64,000 nucleotides of DNA from positions 289,867 through 353,866 of the forward strand of contig JBEULP010000117.1 in assembly GCA_041287245.1 (NCBI GenBank), written 5' to 3'. This document shows positions 29,905-38,326 of this stretch, in pieces (positions within the stretch are counted from its first letter, which is position 1; every line of letters begins with the position of its first letter). The position numbers and the translations under genes were made by a program. The DNA is from Infirmifilum sp. Lineage in GTDB: Archaea > Thermoproteota > Thermoprotei > Thermofilales > Thermofilaceae. The notes under the pieces were generated by a model, which searched no databases, was not told the DNA's origin, and was given only the letters and a program-made list of their open reading frames with translations.

Positions 29905-31293
29905 GTGAAAAAGGTCTTCGGAGAATACGCCGTGGACAAGCGTCTCACAAGAGTGAGTAATGTCAGCCGAATACCAGCCTTCATAGCCGAATTTCTAATA
30001 GGACAGTTATGCCCTAAGCCGAGTGGCAAGTGCTTAGAGGAGGTTGGACGCAAAGTAAACGAGCTCTATCCGGATCCGAGATCAAGGGAGCTCTTCCTAG
30101 GAAAGCTAAAGGAGGAGGGACAAATAAAACTGCTAGATGAGTTCCGCGTTCGAGTAAATCTAAAGAAGAACATCTTTCTTCTCCACATTCCCTCTCTAAA
30201 TATCGAGGACGCGTTGATAAAAGAAGATATTATCAAGGACAACGAGAGGCTCTACTCCGGACTGTGGGGTGTGGGTCTACTCGTCTACGACCCGGCTCTC
30301 CAATCGAAGAATCAGAACGTAACACCCGTCCTCATGGTCGAGTTCGAACCGTTTCAAGCTTACAATATAGACCTCAGCCTCTTCTCAGATGCTAGGAGCG
30401 AGTTCTCCCTGACAGAATGGATAGACCTTCTGGTAACCAGCATAGGGTTAAACCCCTCCGCTTACACGCCTAGACAAAAACTCATCATCTTATCTAGGCT
30501 TATACCTATGGCCGAGTCAAATACTAACATGCTGGAGCTCGGCCCTAGAGCCACAGGCAAGACCTTCACATACAGGAACGTAACCTACTACTCCAGAATA
30601 CATTCCGGCGGGGTAGTCTCCCCCGCTAAGCTCTTCTACGATGCTAGGAGCAACATCCCGGGAGACCTAGTCGTGAACGACGTTGTAGTCTTCGACGAGA
30701 TAAGCAAGATAAAGTTCGCTAACAGTGACGAGGTTGTTGCCAAACTAAAAGACTACATGGTCGACGGGTACTTCGAGAGAGGCGGCTTCCACATGAAGAG
30801 GCCCAGCACATGCTCTCTGGTCTTCATAGGTAATGTCGACGTGGAAAAAGCTGCAACACCTTTAGGCATAATCTCGCACTTACCAAGCTTCATGCGTGAC
30901 ACAGCCTTCCTCGACCGGATCCACGGCTTTATTCACGGCTGGGAGCTTCCCAAGATAATGAAGAGCGATGAGCATCTAGCAAGGGGGTATGGCATAGCCT
31001 CTGATTTTCTTGCGGAAGTCCTCCACAGGATAAGGAATGTGAGTCTAGAGCAGCAGGTTGAACAAATTTTTGAGCTCCAGGGCCCTACGACCATCCGGGA
31101 TGAGAGAGCTATTAAAAAGCTTCTCTCCGGGGCGCTTAAATTATTATTCCCCGATCAAGGATATGATAAGTCGGAACTAGCATTTGTAGCTGAACCTTTA
31201 ATAAATCTTAGGAACAATGTAAATCAGCTACTCACTACCCTCTCACCACGCGAGTTTCCAATTAAAAAAATAGAGGTGAAGGTTCGAGCTTAA
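29905..31293 (+). CDS. brxL: BrxL-like MCM-type AAA+ ATPase lacking the Lon protease domain
   Basis: EWIDLL..SIG, ELGPRATGKT, VVFDE, LKDYM, DTAFLDRIH..GWE, RDERA. Confidence 0.85.
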   Translation: MKKVFGEYAVDKRLTRVSNVSRIPAFIAEFLIGQLCPKPSGKCLEEVGRKVNELYPDPRSRELFLGKLKEEGQIKLLDEFRVRVNLKKNIFLLHIPSLNIEDALIKEDIIKDNERLYSGLWGVGLLVYDPALQSKNQNVTPVLMVEFEPFQAYNIDLSLFSDARSEFSLTEWIDLLVTSIGLNPSAYTPRQKLIILSRLIPMAESNTNMLELGPRATGKTFTYRNVTYYSRIHSGGVVSPAKLFYDARSNIPGDLVVNDVVVFDEISKIKFANSDEVVAKLKDYMVDGYFERGGFHMKRPSTCSLVFIGNVDVEKAATPLGIISHLPSFMRDTAFLDRIHGFIHGWELPKIMKSDEHLARGYGIASDFLAEVLHRIRNVSLEQQVEQIFELQGPTTIRDERAIKKLLSGALKLLFPDQGYDKSELAFVAEPLINLRNNVNQLLTTLSPREFPIKKIEVKVRA

Positions 31294-32036
31294 GTGCTTA
31301 AGTACTCCAACGCTCTCCTCTGCCTCATATACAGAGACTTTATCTCCCCCACAATGGCGTCTAAATAGTCCTTCACCTTCTCCAGGCTAAAAGAGACTTC
31401 CCCCTCACCCGCTGAGTAGTTTATTATTGTCCCAGGTAAAGGGTAAGCCCTAACTCCTGAAGAAGACACAAAGATGGCATCCGATGTGTACATGTTTCTC
31501 TTTACAAGATCAGGCCTTGCTAGCGCGACAAGTCCCGTCTCATCAGTAGCGGCATGTCCCCCCTCCTTACCTAGGAAGGACTGTGTAAGCCCACGATCCC
31601 GGGCAAGAGTCCACCAGTCCACCAGGAGGACTGCCAGCTTATTCTCAAGCCAAGCCTTTTTCGCCGCATTATCTAGAGGAGCCGTGTTCCCCCCGTGGCC
31701 GTTCAGCACGATCGCCATTTTAAAGCCATGGAAAGCTAGGCTTGACAGAATGTCATAGGTCATGTTCTCAAGGCTCTCCGGTCTAACCCTTATCGATCCT
31801 GGGTAGCCGTGAAGGCTGGTGGTTACACCATAGTTTAGTGTGGGGAGGACGATTGCAGGAATCTGTTCGGCTAGTCTCTCTGCAATGAGCTCAGGTATTA
31901 TGTTGTCAGTCCCAAGGGGGAGATGGGGGCCGTGAGGTTCAACGGTTCCTACTGGAAGAATCGCAGTGTCAAACCCCTTCGCCAGGAGTTCGCGGACTTC
32001 GCCGTAGGTCAGCTCAGCTAACTTGTATATCGCCAC
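31290..32036 (-). CDS. Creatininase-family amidohydrolase
   Basis: PVGTVEPHGPHLPLGTD, NGHGGN, GHAATDET. Confidence 0.92.
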   Translation of the reverse strand: MAIYKLAELTYGEVRELLAKGFDTAILPVGTVEPHGPHLPLGTDNIIPELIAERLAEQIPAIVLPTLNYGVTTSLHGYPGSIRVRPESLENMTYDILSSLAFHGFKMAIVLNGHGGNTAPLDNAAKKAWLENKLAVLLVDWWTLARDRGLTQSFLGKEGGHAATDETGLVALARPDLVKRNMYTSDAIFVSSSGVRAYPLPGTIINYSAGEGEVSFSLEKVKDYLDAIVGEIKSLYMRQRRALEYLST

Positions 32037-32091
32037 GGGTTAAAATGTGGAAAACAAGAATATCTATTTATTGTTTGGAGATCGAGGCGTC

Positions 32092-33186
32092 CTATGAGAA
32101 AGCCTCCTCCTCCCAACCTGTTAGAGGGAACACACTAACATCAGATGGTCTGATGCTCAGCCTAATACGTTGCCCCTGCTGAACCTCAACCGCGGGGTCT
32201 AGTAGCGCCGTTATTTTCTGCTGCCCTACGCTCACCTTAACCTGGTTGAACATTCCTATAAACATCTGCATCTCAACCATGCCTTCGACAAAGTTCCCAA
32301 TAGTCTCGTCAACGCTGAAGTCCTCAGTCTTCATTATAGCCGCGACACGCTCCCCCTCCTTAACAACGTGCCCCGGCGCCAATACTCCCTCAATAACCTG
32401 TCCGTCGAACTCAACTTTAACCTTCTCACCTAAAACCTCCTTCGCCTTACCTACAAGGTAGGTACTTCGACCGATGAACGTGGCGACAAAGAGGTTGGAG
32501 GGCTTAGAGTATATTTCCTTCGGGGTGCCAACCTGTAATACCCTACCCTTATCCATTACAGCGATGCGGTCTGCGAGGCTCATAGCCTCCTCCTGGTCAT
32601 GCGTGACGTAGACGGTGGTTATCTTCAGAGACGACTGGATGCGTTTTATTTCTTCACGCATCTCAATCCTCAGCTTGGCGTCGAGATTACTCAAGGGCTC
32701 GTCTAACAGTAGAACCTTTGGCTCCACAACAAGTGCTCGTGCCAGAGCCACCCTCTGTTGTTGCCCTCCGCTGAGCTGTAGAGGGTACCTATCCTCAAGG
32801 CCCTCGAGCCTTACAAGCCGAAGAGCCTGACGGACTTTTTCCTGTATATCTTCCTCAGAAAGCTTAAGCTGCCTTCTCTTAATCTTTAACCCGTAGGCAA
32901 CATTCTCGAAAACAGTCATGTGCGGCCAGAGTGCATAGTTCTGGAAGACCATCGAGGTATTCCGAAGGTAGGGTTTCAGGAAGGTTACATCTTGGTCACC
33001 GAAGTAGACTTTCCCCTCCTCTGGAACTTCGAAGCCAGCGATTATTCTCAACAGTGTGGTCTTTCCACAGCCGCTGGGGCCGAGCATCGTGAAGAGCTCG
33101 CCGTCTCGAATCTCAAGGGAAACTCTATCCAGAGCCCTTACCCTACCGTAGACCTTGCTAACTTCAACCAACCGTATCCCCACCAT
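32092..33186 (-). CDS. ABC importer ATPase (AfuC/PotA-like, TOBE domain)
   Basis: [37 protein letters not shown]. Confidence 0.93.
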   Translation of the reverse strand: MVGIRLVEVSKVYGRVRALDRVSLEIRDGELFTMLGPSGCGKTTLLRIIAGFEVPEEGKVYFGDQDVTFLKPYLRNTSMVFQNYALWPHMTVFENVAYGLKIKRRQLKLSEEDIQEKVRQALRLVRLEGLEDRYPLQLSGGQQQRVALARALVVEPKVLLLDEPLSNLDAKLRIEMREEIKRIQSSLKITTVYVTHDQEEAMSLADRIAVMDKGRVLQVGTPKEIYSKPSNLFVATFIGRSTYLVGKAKEVLGEKVKVEFDGQVIEGVLAPGHVVKEGERVAAIMKTEDFSVDETIGNFVEGMVEMQMFIGMFNQVKVSVGQQKITALLDPAVEVQQGQRIRLSIRPSDVSVFPLTGWEEEAFS

Positions 33187-33189
33187 TCT

Positions 33190-35388
33190 TCACACCCCTA
33201 TGAATGCATACCTCTGTTTAAGTACCCCTACGACTATAAGCATTGCAACCAGTTGTATTAAAATAAGTAGCACGCCCATCGCCGCAGCGATCTGCACGCC
33301 TATCGGGCTGCCACCTTTATAAACATTCATCATATAATAAGTCATCGGCGCCTGAGAAGGGTTAAAGTTGCCGATTGTTATGCTAGTGCTGACCTCTGTA
33401 GCCATGTAGATGAAGCCCAAGACAGCCCCGCTAAATATGTATGAAATGATAAACGGTAATACAACTCCGAAGACAACCTTTGCCCTCGTAGCACCCAGGT
33501 TCAGAGCCGCCTCTTCTAGCCCTACGTGTACCTGCTGGAACCCAGCGTAAACAGAGCGCACCACATAGGGTAGCTTACGGACACTATATGAGATGACAAG
33601 CACGAACCAGGCCTGGAAGGCTCCAATGGAAGCTGGATCAAGGGGGGTCCCCGGGAAAAGCTTAGTAAAGAAGTAGTAATAGCCTAAGGCTATAACGAGG
33701 CCTGGAATCGCTATAGGAACCGTTGCAAGCGTGTCAAGAATATTTGAAAGCCACGAAACGCGGACTCTACTCACACCGTACCCTACCATCACAGCCACAA
33801 CTACAGCCATAGACACTGAAAGCGCGGCGTAAACCAGGGTATTCCTTATAAAGGTGAAAACAGCTGGGTCGATGAAAAGCTTTGCGAAATAGTCAAGGGT
33901 GAACGTTTTCAGGTTTATTTCGAAGCCCCTGGAAGGCATCACATTGAAGGCGAGGAGGAAGACGCCTATTTGCGGGAAAGCTGTGAGTAGTACAAGAGGA
34001 AAGATAAGAAGGTACACGACTACCTTTCCAATGGGACCTAGATCACGGGCACGCGACACAAAACGGCCGCCCCTGCTTATCATAGCATAGGAGCGCATCC
34101 CGACGTAGTTACGTATCGCCAGAAACCCCATCACAGCGATGAAAAGCATCACGATTCCAAGGGCCGCCGACTCTGGCGAGACTATGCCAGTCTGAGTTAT
34201 AAAACCTCTAAATATCTGAGCACTTATAAGGTTCCACTCCTGGAATATCAGAGGGGCGCCCACGTCTTCCAAGCTGAAAATATAGACGATTATCGCGCCT
34301 GCTACGATGCCTGGTAGTGCCAGCGGGAACGTGACAGTCCTGAATAATCTGAAGCCTCTCGCCCCGAGGTTCTCAGCCTGCTCCTCCGTACTGGGATCAA
34401 CATTTAGGAAAGCACTGTAAGCATTAAGGTATACAATGGGGTAAAAGGAGATTATCTGCGCTAGAGCAACTCCCACGAGCCCGTCGAGCCTCAACTCGAA
34501 GCCGAAAGCCCTCTGTGTTAACATTGAGATCGGTCCATACTCGCTGAAAAGTATCTTGACAACATAGGAGTTTACGAAGGGGGTTACGAATAACGGAACA
34601 AGGGATAAAATCCTCAATAGGTCCTTACCGGGAAAATTGTATCTAGCAAGGATAAAGGCCACTATAACCCCTATAGTTGTGGCGGCTGCTGTTACAACAA
34701 GTGACAATATAAGGCTGTTCACCAGAGAACCGTAATTCAATCCTTTAACCACGTACAGGGTCGTGTTTCCAAGCTGGATCGCCGAGGCAAACTGCTCGCC
34801 GGGCAGGGTCTCAAGCCTCACGTATTCTCGAGCTGAGAAAATTCTCTGAAAGTTCGAGTACCAGGTTCCGCCGGAAGGAGCCGTGAAAGCATTGACAAGC
34901 ACGAAGAAAATAGGACTGACAAGGAAGACTATTAGGAACGCGGATCCAAATATTATGAAAGACCAGAGGAGAGGATCAAGCTCGTAGAGAGTAGTCTTAA
35001 TACGCCGTGAAAGAGAAACCACGCCCCTTGCCGCCCTCCGAGCCTGTTTTATAAACAGTATCTTCTCAGCTAGAAAGCCGCCTGACGCGGCGGTGAGGAG
35101 CGGTGTTAGGAAGAACGCTAAGGCACGAGCCGGACCCTGAGCTCCAATAGCAAGGATGAAGAAGTCGTATAGAAGTGTGAATATAGCTAGAAAGCTTAGA
35201 CTAGAGCTGAACTTTATCCACCTATAATCGTAGCCTAGCCAATACAGGGCGCCAGCGGATGCGATGCTGAGGAGCCAAAGGAAAACATCGATAACTCCCA
35301 GCTGGCCTTGTAGTGTCTGGCTTGCAATTAAATAGGCTAGAGCGAGAATAAAACCAGCAATCCACACGTGGTTTTTTGTAACCTTCAC
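33190..35388 (-). CDS. ABC importer fused double permease (AfuB/FbpB-like)
   Basis: Two EAA loops (EEQAENLGA, EEAALNLGA). Confidence 0.9.
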   Translation of the reverse strand: MKVTKNHVWIAGFILALAYLIASQTLQGQLGVIDVFLWLLSIASAGALYWLGYDYRWIKFSSSLSFLAIFTLLYDFFILAIGAQGPARALAFFLTPLLTAASGGFLAEKILFIKQARRAARGVVSLSRRIKTTLYELDPLLWSFIIFGSAFLIVFLVSPIFFVLVNAFTAPSGGTWYSNFQRIFSAREYVRLETLPGEQFASAIQLGNTTLYVVKGLNYGSLVNSLILSLVVTAAATTIGVIVAFILARYNFPGKDLLRILSLVPLFVTPFVNSYVVKILFSEYGPISMLTQRAFGFELRLDGLVGVALAQIISFYPIVYLNAYSAFLNVDPSTEEQAENLGARGFRLFRTVTFPLALPGIVAGAIIVYIFSLEDVGAPLIFQEWNLISAQIFRGFITQTGIVSPESAALGIVMLFIAVMGFLAIRNYVGMRSYAMISRGGRFVSRARDLGPIGKVVVYLLIFPLVLLTAFPQIGVFLLAFNVMPSRGFEINLKTFTLDYFAKLFIDPAVFTFIRNTLVYAALSVSMAVVVAVMVGYGVSRVRVSWLSNILDTLATVPIAIPGLVIALGYYYFFTKLFPGTPLDPASIGAFQAWFVLVISYSVRKLPYVVRSVYAGFQQVHVGLEEAALNLGATRAKVVFGVVLPFIISYIFSGAVLGFIYMATEVSTSITIGNFNPSQAPMTYYMMNVYKGGSPIGVQIAAAMGVLLILIQLVAMLIVVGVLKQRYAFIGV

Positions 35389-35474
35389 AGGCTCAGCCCA
35401 CCTATACTGAGGTAAAACAACATATATTTTTAATCTCAGAGAAAAATATTTTTAGATCACGGACTCCCTGAAGC

Positions 35475-37040
35475 CTACGATCCAGTCATTTGTTTCAAGA
35501 GCGCTTGGGTGTTTAAGTATCGTTGCCTTGCACCCTGGCGCCACTGGTTCATGAGATCCTGGTAGATGGAAGGGTCGCTGGCGAGGTAGCTGTTTATCTT
35601 CAGCGCGTAGTCAAGAGTAAAAGTAGTTTTACTTTTTGTCAGAGGATCCGTAAATGTTATAGGCGAGGTTAAAGAGTCTACAAGCTTGTTGAACTGGTCT
35701 TTAGTGATCTTCCCGTTGAGGTATGCCTGGGCAATCTGCGCCCAAACAGGTTGCAGGTCGTCGTGGGCATCTACCAAGGTAGCCTTGAAGTAATCAATAA
35801 CCGCAGTAACCCAAAGCGAGGACAATGTTTCATTAAACGATATTCCTCCAGCCTTCTCCACATCCTGTAAAGCTTTCTTAAGGTCGGGGCGTTTAGAGCC
35901 CTCAGGAGTATCGAAAACCTTGGGATTAATAGGAAGCCTGTTAATATTAGGATCCAGCCATACAAGCTGGCCTCCGGTCTCGTTGAGCACCCAGGCTACG
36001 AATACGGCTGCCTCGCGTGGATGGCTAGCACCCTTGAGGACAGCTATAGGGTCAGCGTTGACGATGCTTTCGCCGGTGGGGATTATGTACAGACAAGCCG
36101 GGTTTTGCTGTTGAGCCGTATACCCGTAGAAGTCTATAGTGGTTCCTACAGCTATGTCTCCTCTTATCACGGCGTCTCTTACATCGCTACTTCCGCTGAA
36201 AATTTTCGAGTTTGCGGCTAGTAGTGTTAAGGCGCGCCAACCAGCGTCCCAACCGTAAGCCTGTAGAATAATCTCGAACATCCTAGTGTTGCTAGTGCTC
36301 ATAGTGGGGTCTGCGGTGCCGACTAGAGGAACCGCCGGTAGAGTACGAGCGTATACCGGGTTTCCAAGGTCGGCCCATCTCTGAGGTGTTGGGAGGTTAT
36401 ACCTTGTTAAGAGGTCTTTGTTCACCGTGAATCCGAAGCTGCTAACGCTAGCTCCTATCCAGTGGATGAGGCCGTCGCTACCGATCTTGAAGGTTGGGGC
36501 ACCAGCAATCGTCTTTGGTATCTTTGCCAACTCTGCCTCGACGAGCTGGAACTCCGGTATCTTGCTCTTATTAACCGGCTCTATAAGCCCCTGATCGTCA
36601 ATAAGGTTGAAGAGCGTTGGGCCTCCACCCCAAGCAACGTCTATTCCAAGCCCCTTAGAAGCAGCGTTCTTTATGTATTCCGGCCACTGCTCCGCGTTTA
36701 CAGGTAGGAAAACAATATTCACAATATTGTACTTCTTTGCAATCGGGCTGTTAAGAAACATTGTCCTGCTTAGATCCTGAATCGTCTGCTCGTGCCTCGT
36801 GATGACATAAAGCGTGATGCCCCCTGATGGTGGCTGTTGCTGTGTTGGCTGTGTAGCGTTAGTAGGGGTTGTAGGATGTGTCACGTTAGCTGGCTGTTGG
36901 GGGGTTGTCACGTTGGAGGGTTGAGAAGGCTGAGCAGGAGGTGTTGTTGGGGGCCGCGTCAACATAAACGCAATGCCTATTACGACGGCTATAGAGACTA
37001 TTGCGATTAAGAAGAACAGTTGCTTGTTCATTTTCACCAC
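35475..37040 (-). CDS. ABC substrate-binding protein (AfuA-like) with N-terminal TM and P/T/Q linker
   Basis: DVAWGGG, ADPTMSTS, DPIAVLKG. Confidence 0.88.
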   Translation of the reverse strand: MVKMNKQLFFLIAIVSIAVVIGIAFMLTRPPTTPPAQPSQPSNVTTPQQPANVTHPTTPTNATQPTQQQPPSGGITLYVITRHEQTIQDLSRTMFLNSPIAKKYNIVNIVFLPVNAEQWPEYIKNAASKGLGIDVAWGGGPTLFNLIDDQGLIEPVNKSKIPEFQLVEAELAKIPKTIAGAPTFKIGSDGLIHWIGASVSSFGFTVNKDLLTRYNLPTPQRWADLGNPVYARTLPAVPLVGTADPTMSTSNTRMFEIILQAYGWDAGWRALTLLAANSKIFSGSSDVRDAVIRGDIAVGTTIDFYGYTAQQQNPACLYIIPTGESIVNADPIAVLKGASHPREAAVFVAWVLNETGGQLVWLDPNINRLPINPKVFDTPEGSKRPDLKKALQDVEKAGGISFNETLSSLWVTAVIDYFKATLVDAHDDLQPVWAQIAQAYLNGKITKDQFNKLVDSLTSPITFTDPLTKSKTTFTLDYALKINSYLASDPSIYQDLMNQWRQGARQRYLNTQALLKQMTGS

Positions 37041-37103
37041 TTCGTTTAAAACTCTAGTACTAAACTTATATCCTTATCTCAAAAGAGGAAGAGAAAAAAG
37101 AAT

Positions 37104-38285
37104 TTATTGGGTAGCTTTAGGCTTTCTCAGGAGAACGAGAGCTAAGACTGCGATGATTAGGACGGCTTCGATGATAGACAGAATCATTAACGTGTTAACT
37201 GTACCGGCTAGCGAGTCGACAGTAGCGGAAAGCCCGTTAACCTTACTGGTAAGGCTGTCCAGGCTGGATTTGAGGCTCTGAATCTGGCTTCCCTGGCTGT
37301 TGACTGCGGAGTTAACCTTGTCGAGGTTCGAAGCAAGGTTCTGAGTGTTTTGGGCTAGCTGGGCGATCGTTGTAGCCGTGGGTGCCTGAGTAATCACGTA
37401 TACCCACCATCTGAACAGGTTGGTCACGAAGGTAGGCCCGTCTAGTTGTTTGCCATAATATGAAGATGCCCATGCAGGCTCGTAGTCGCCATACAAGGAC
37501 TCGCCTGCCACTACGATGAGGACGTTCTTGTCGGGCCAGTATTCTGCAGCGTACATTACGAAGTCGTGGTCACCGGTTCCCTTACCGTATAGCATCAGGT
37601 CATAAACATAGGGGGTTGGCGGGGTGTTGTCGCCCATGTAGCTTTTGTGAGCCCAGACGAGGCGTATGAGCCCTGGGAACGTATCCTTAACGGGGTCGTG
37701 GTACTTGCCGCTGTCGTCCTGCCAGATGACGCATCCTGGACCATGCATCAGTATCGGCAGGGTTATATCTCTCTTAACGATGTCCGTCCTGAGCCCTGGA
37801 TAGTTGTCAGGCTCGACGAATGTGAGCATCCTATAATATGCCTTGGCCGTCACGTCTGGATTATCGCTATAGACGGCTCCGTGCTCAAGCCTGAGCTTTG
37901 TTCCGATTCCAGCTAGGAGGTCGTTAAGCTGGTTTATCGTCTTTCCCCCAGGGCCGTAGTCGCTGTCTCCTGCTACGTAGAGAACCTTATTTCCCGTGTT
38001 AAGCCAATTCTTTATGGCTGTTATCTCGTCGGGGCTAAACGCGACGGTGGGTTGCCCCAGGAGCAGAATGTCGACATCTTTTAGCTTATCAGGGTCCAGC
38101 GTGCCTGTAATTGTCCTCCACGTGACGAATGTTATGTTTCCCATGATATAGTTTAGGTACTTGTTGCTCTCACCGTGGCCTAGGTCGACGGCTACAATAA
38201 CGGGTTGGGCGGAGACGGTGGAGGAGAATGCGATTATGGCGATCAAGAATAATATGGCTAATAGGGTTTTTTCCGTTTTCATCAA
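37104..38285 (-). CDS. Surface protein: GATase-like/GldG-type domain, coiled-coil stalk, C-terminal TM
   Basis: Signal peptide, VDLGHGE, FSPDEITAIKNWL..G, heptad stalk, TM + RKPK. Confidence 0.75.
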   Translation of the reverse strand: MMKTEKTLLAILFLIAIIAFSSTVSAQPVIVAVDLGHGESNKYLNYIMGNITFVTWRTITGTLDPDKLKDVDILLLGQPTVAFSPDEITAIKNWLNTGNKVLYVAGDSDYGPGGKTINQLNDLLAGIGTKLRLEHGAVYSDNPDVTAKAYYRMLTFVEPDNYPGLRTDIVKRDITLPILMHGPGCVIWQDDSGKYHDPVKDTFPGLIRLVWAHKSYMGDNTPPTPYVYDLMLYGKGTGDHDFVMYAAEYWPDKNVLIVVAGESLYGDYEPAWASSYYGKQLDGPTFVTNLFRWWVYVITQAPTATTIAQLAQNTQNLASNLDKVNSAVNSQGSQIQSLKSSLDSLTSKVNGLSATVDSLAGTVNTLMILSIIEAVLIIAVLALVLLRKPKATQ

Positions 38286-38326
38286 TTGTAAAAAAGAGAG
38301 ATAACATATAAAACTATCTTTTTTGG

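Noticed and set aside
29008..31293. Complete BREX system
   Set aside because: Only a BrxL-like gene is present; no pglZ/pglX/brxC in the window
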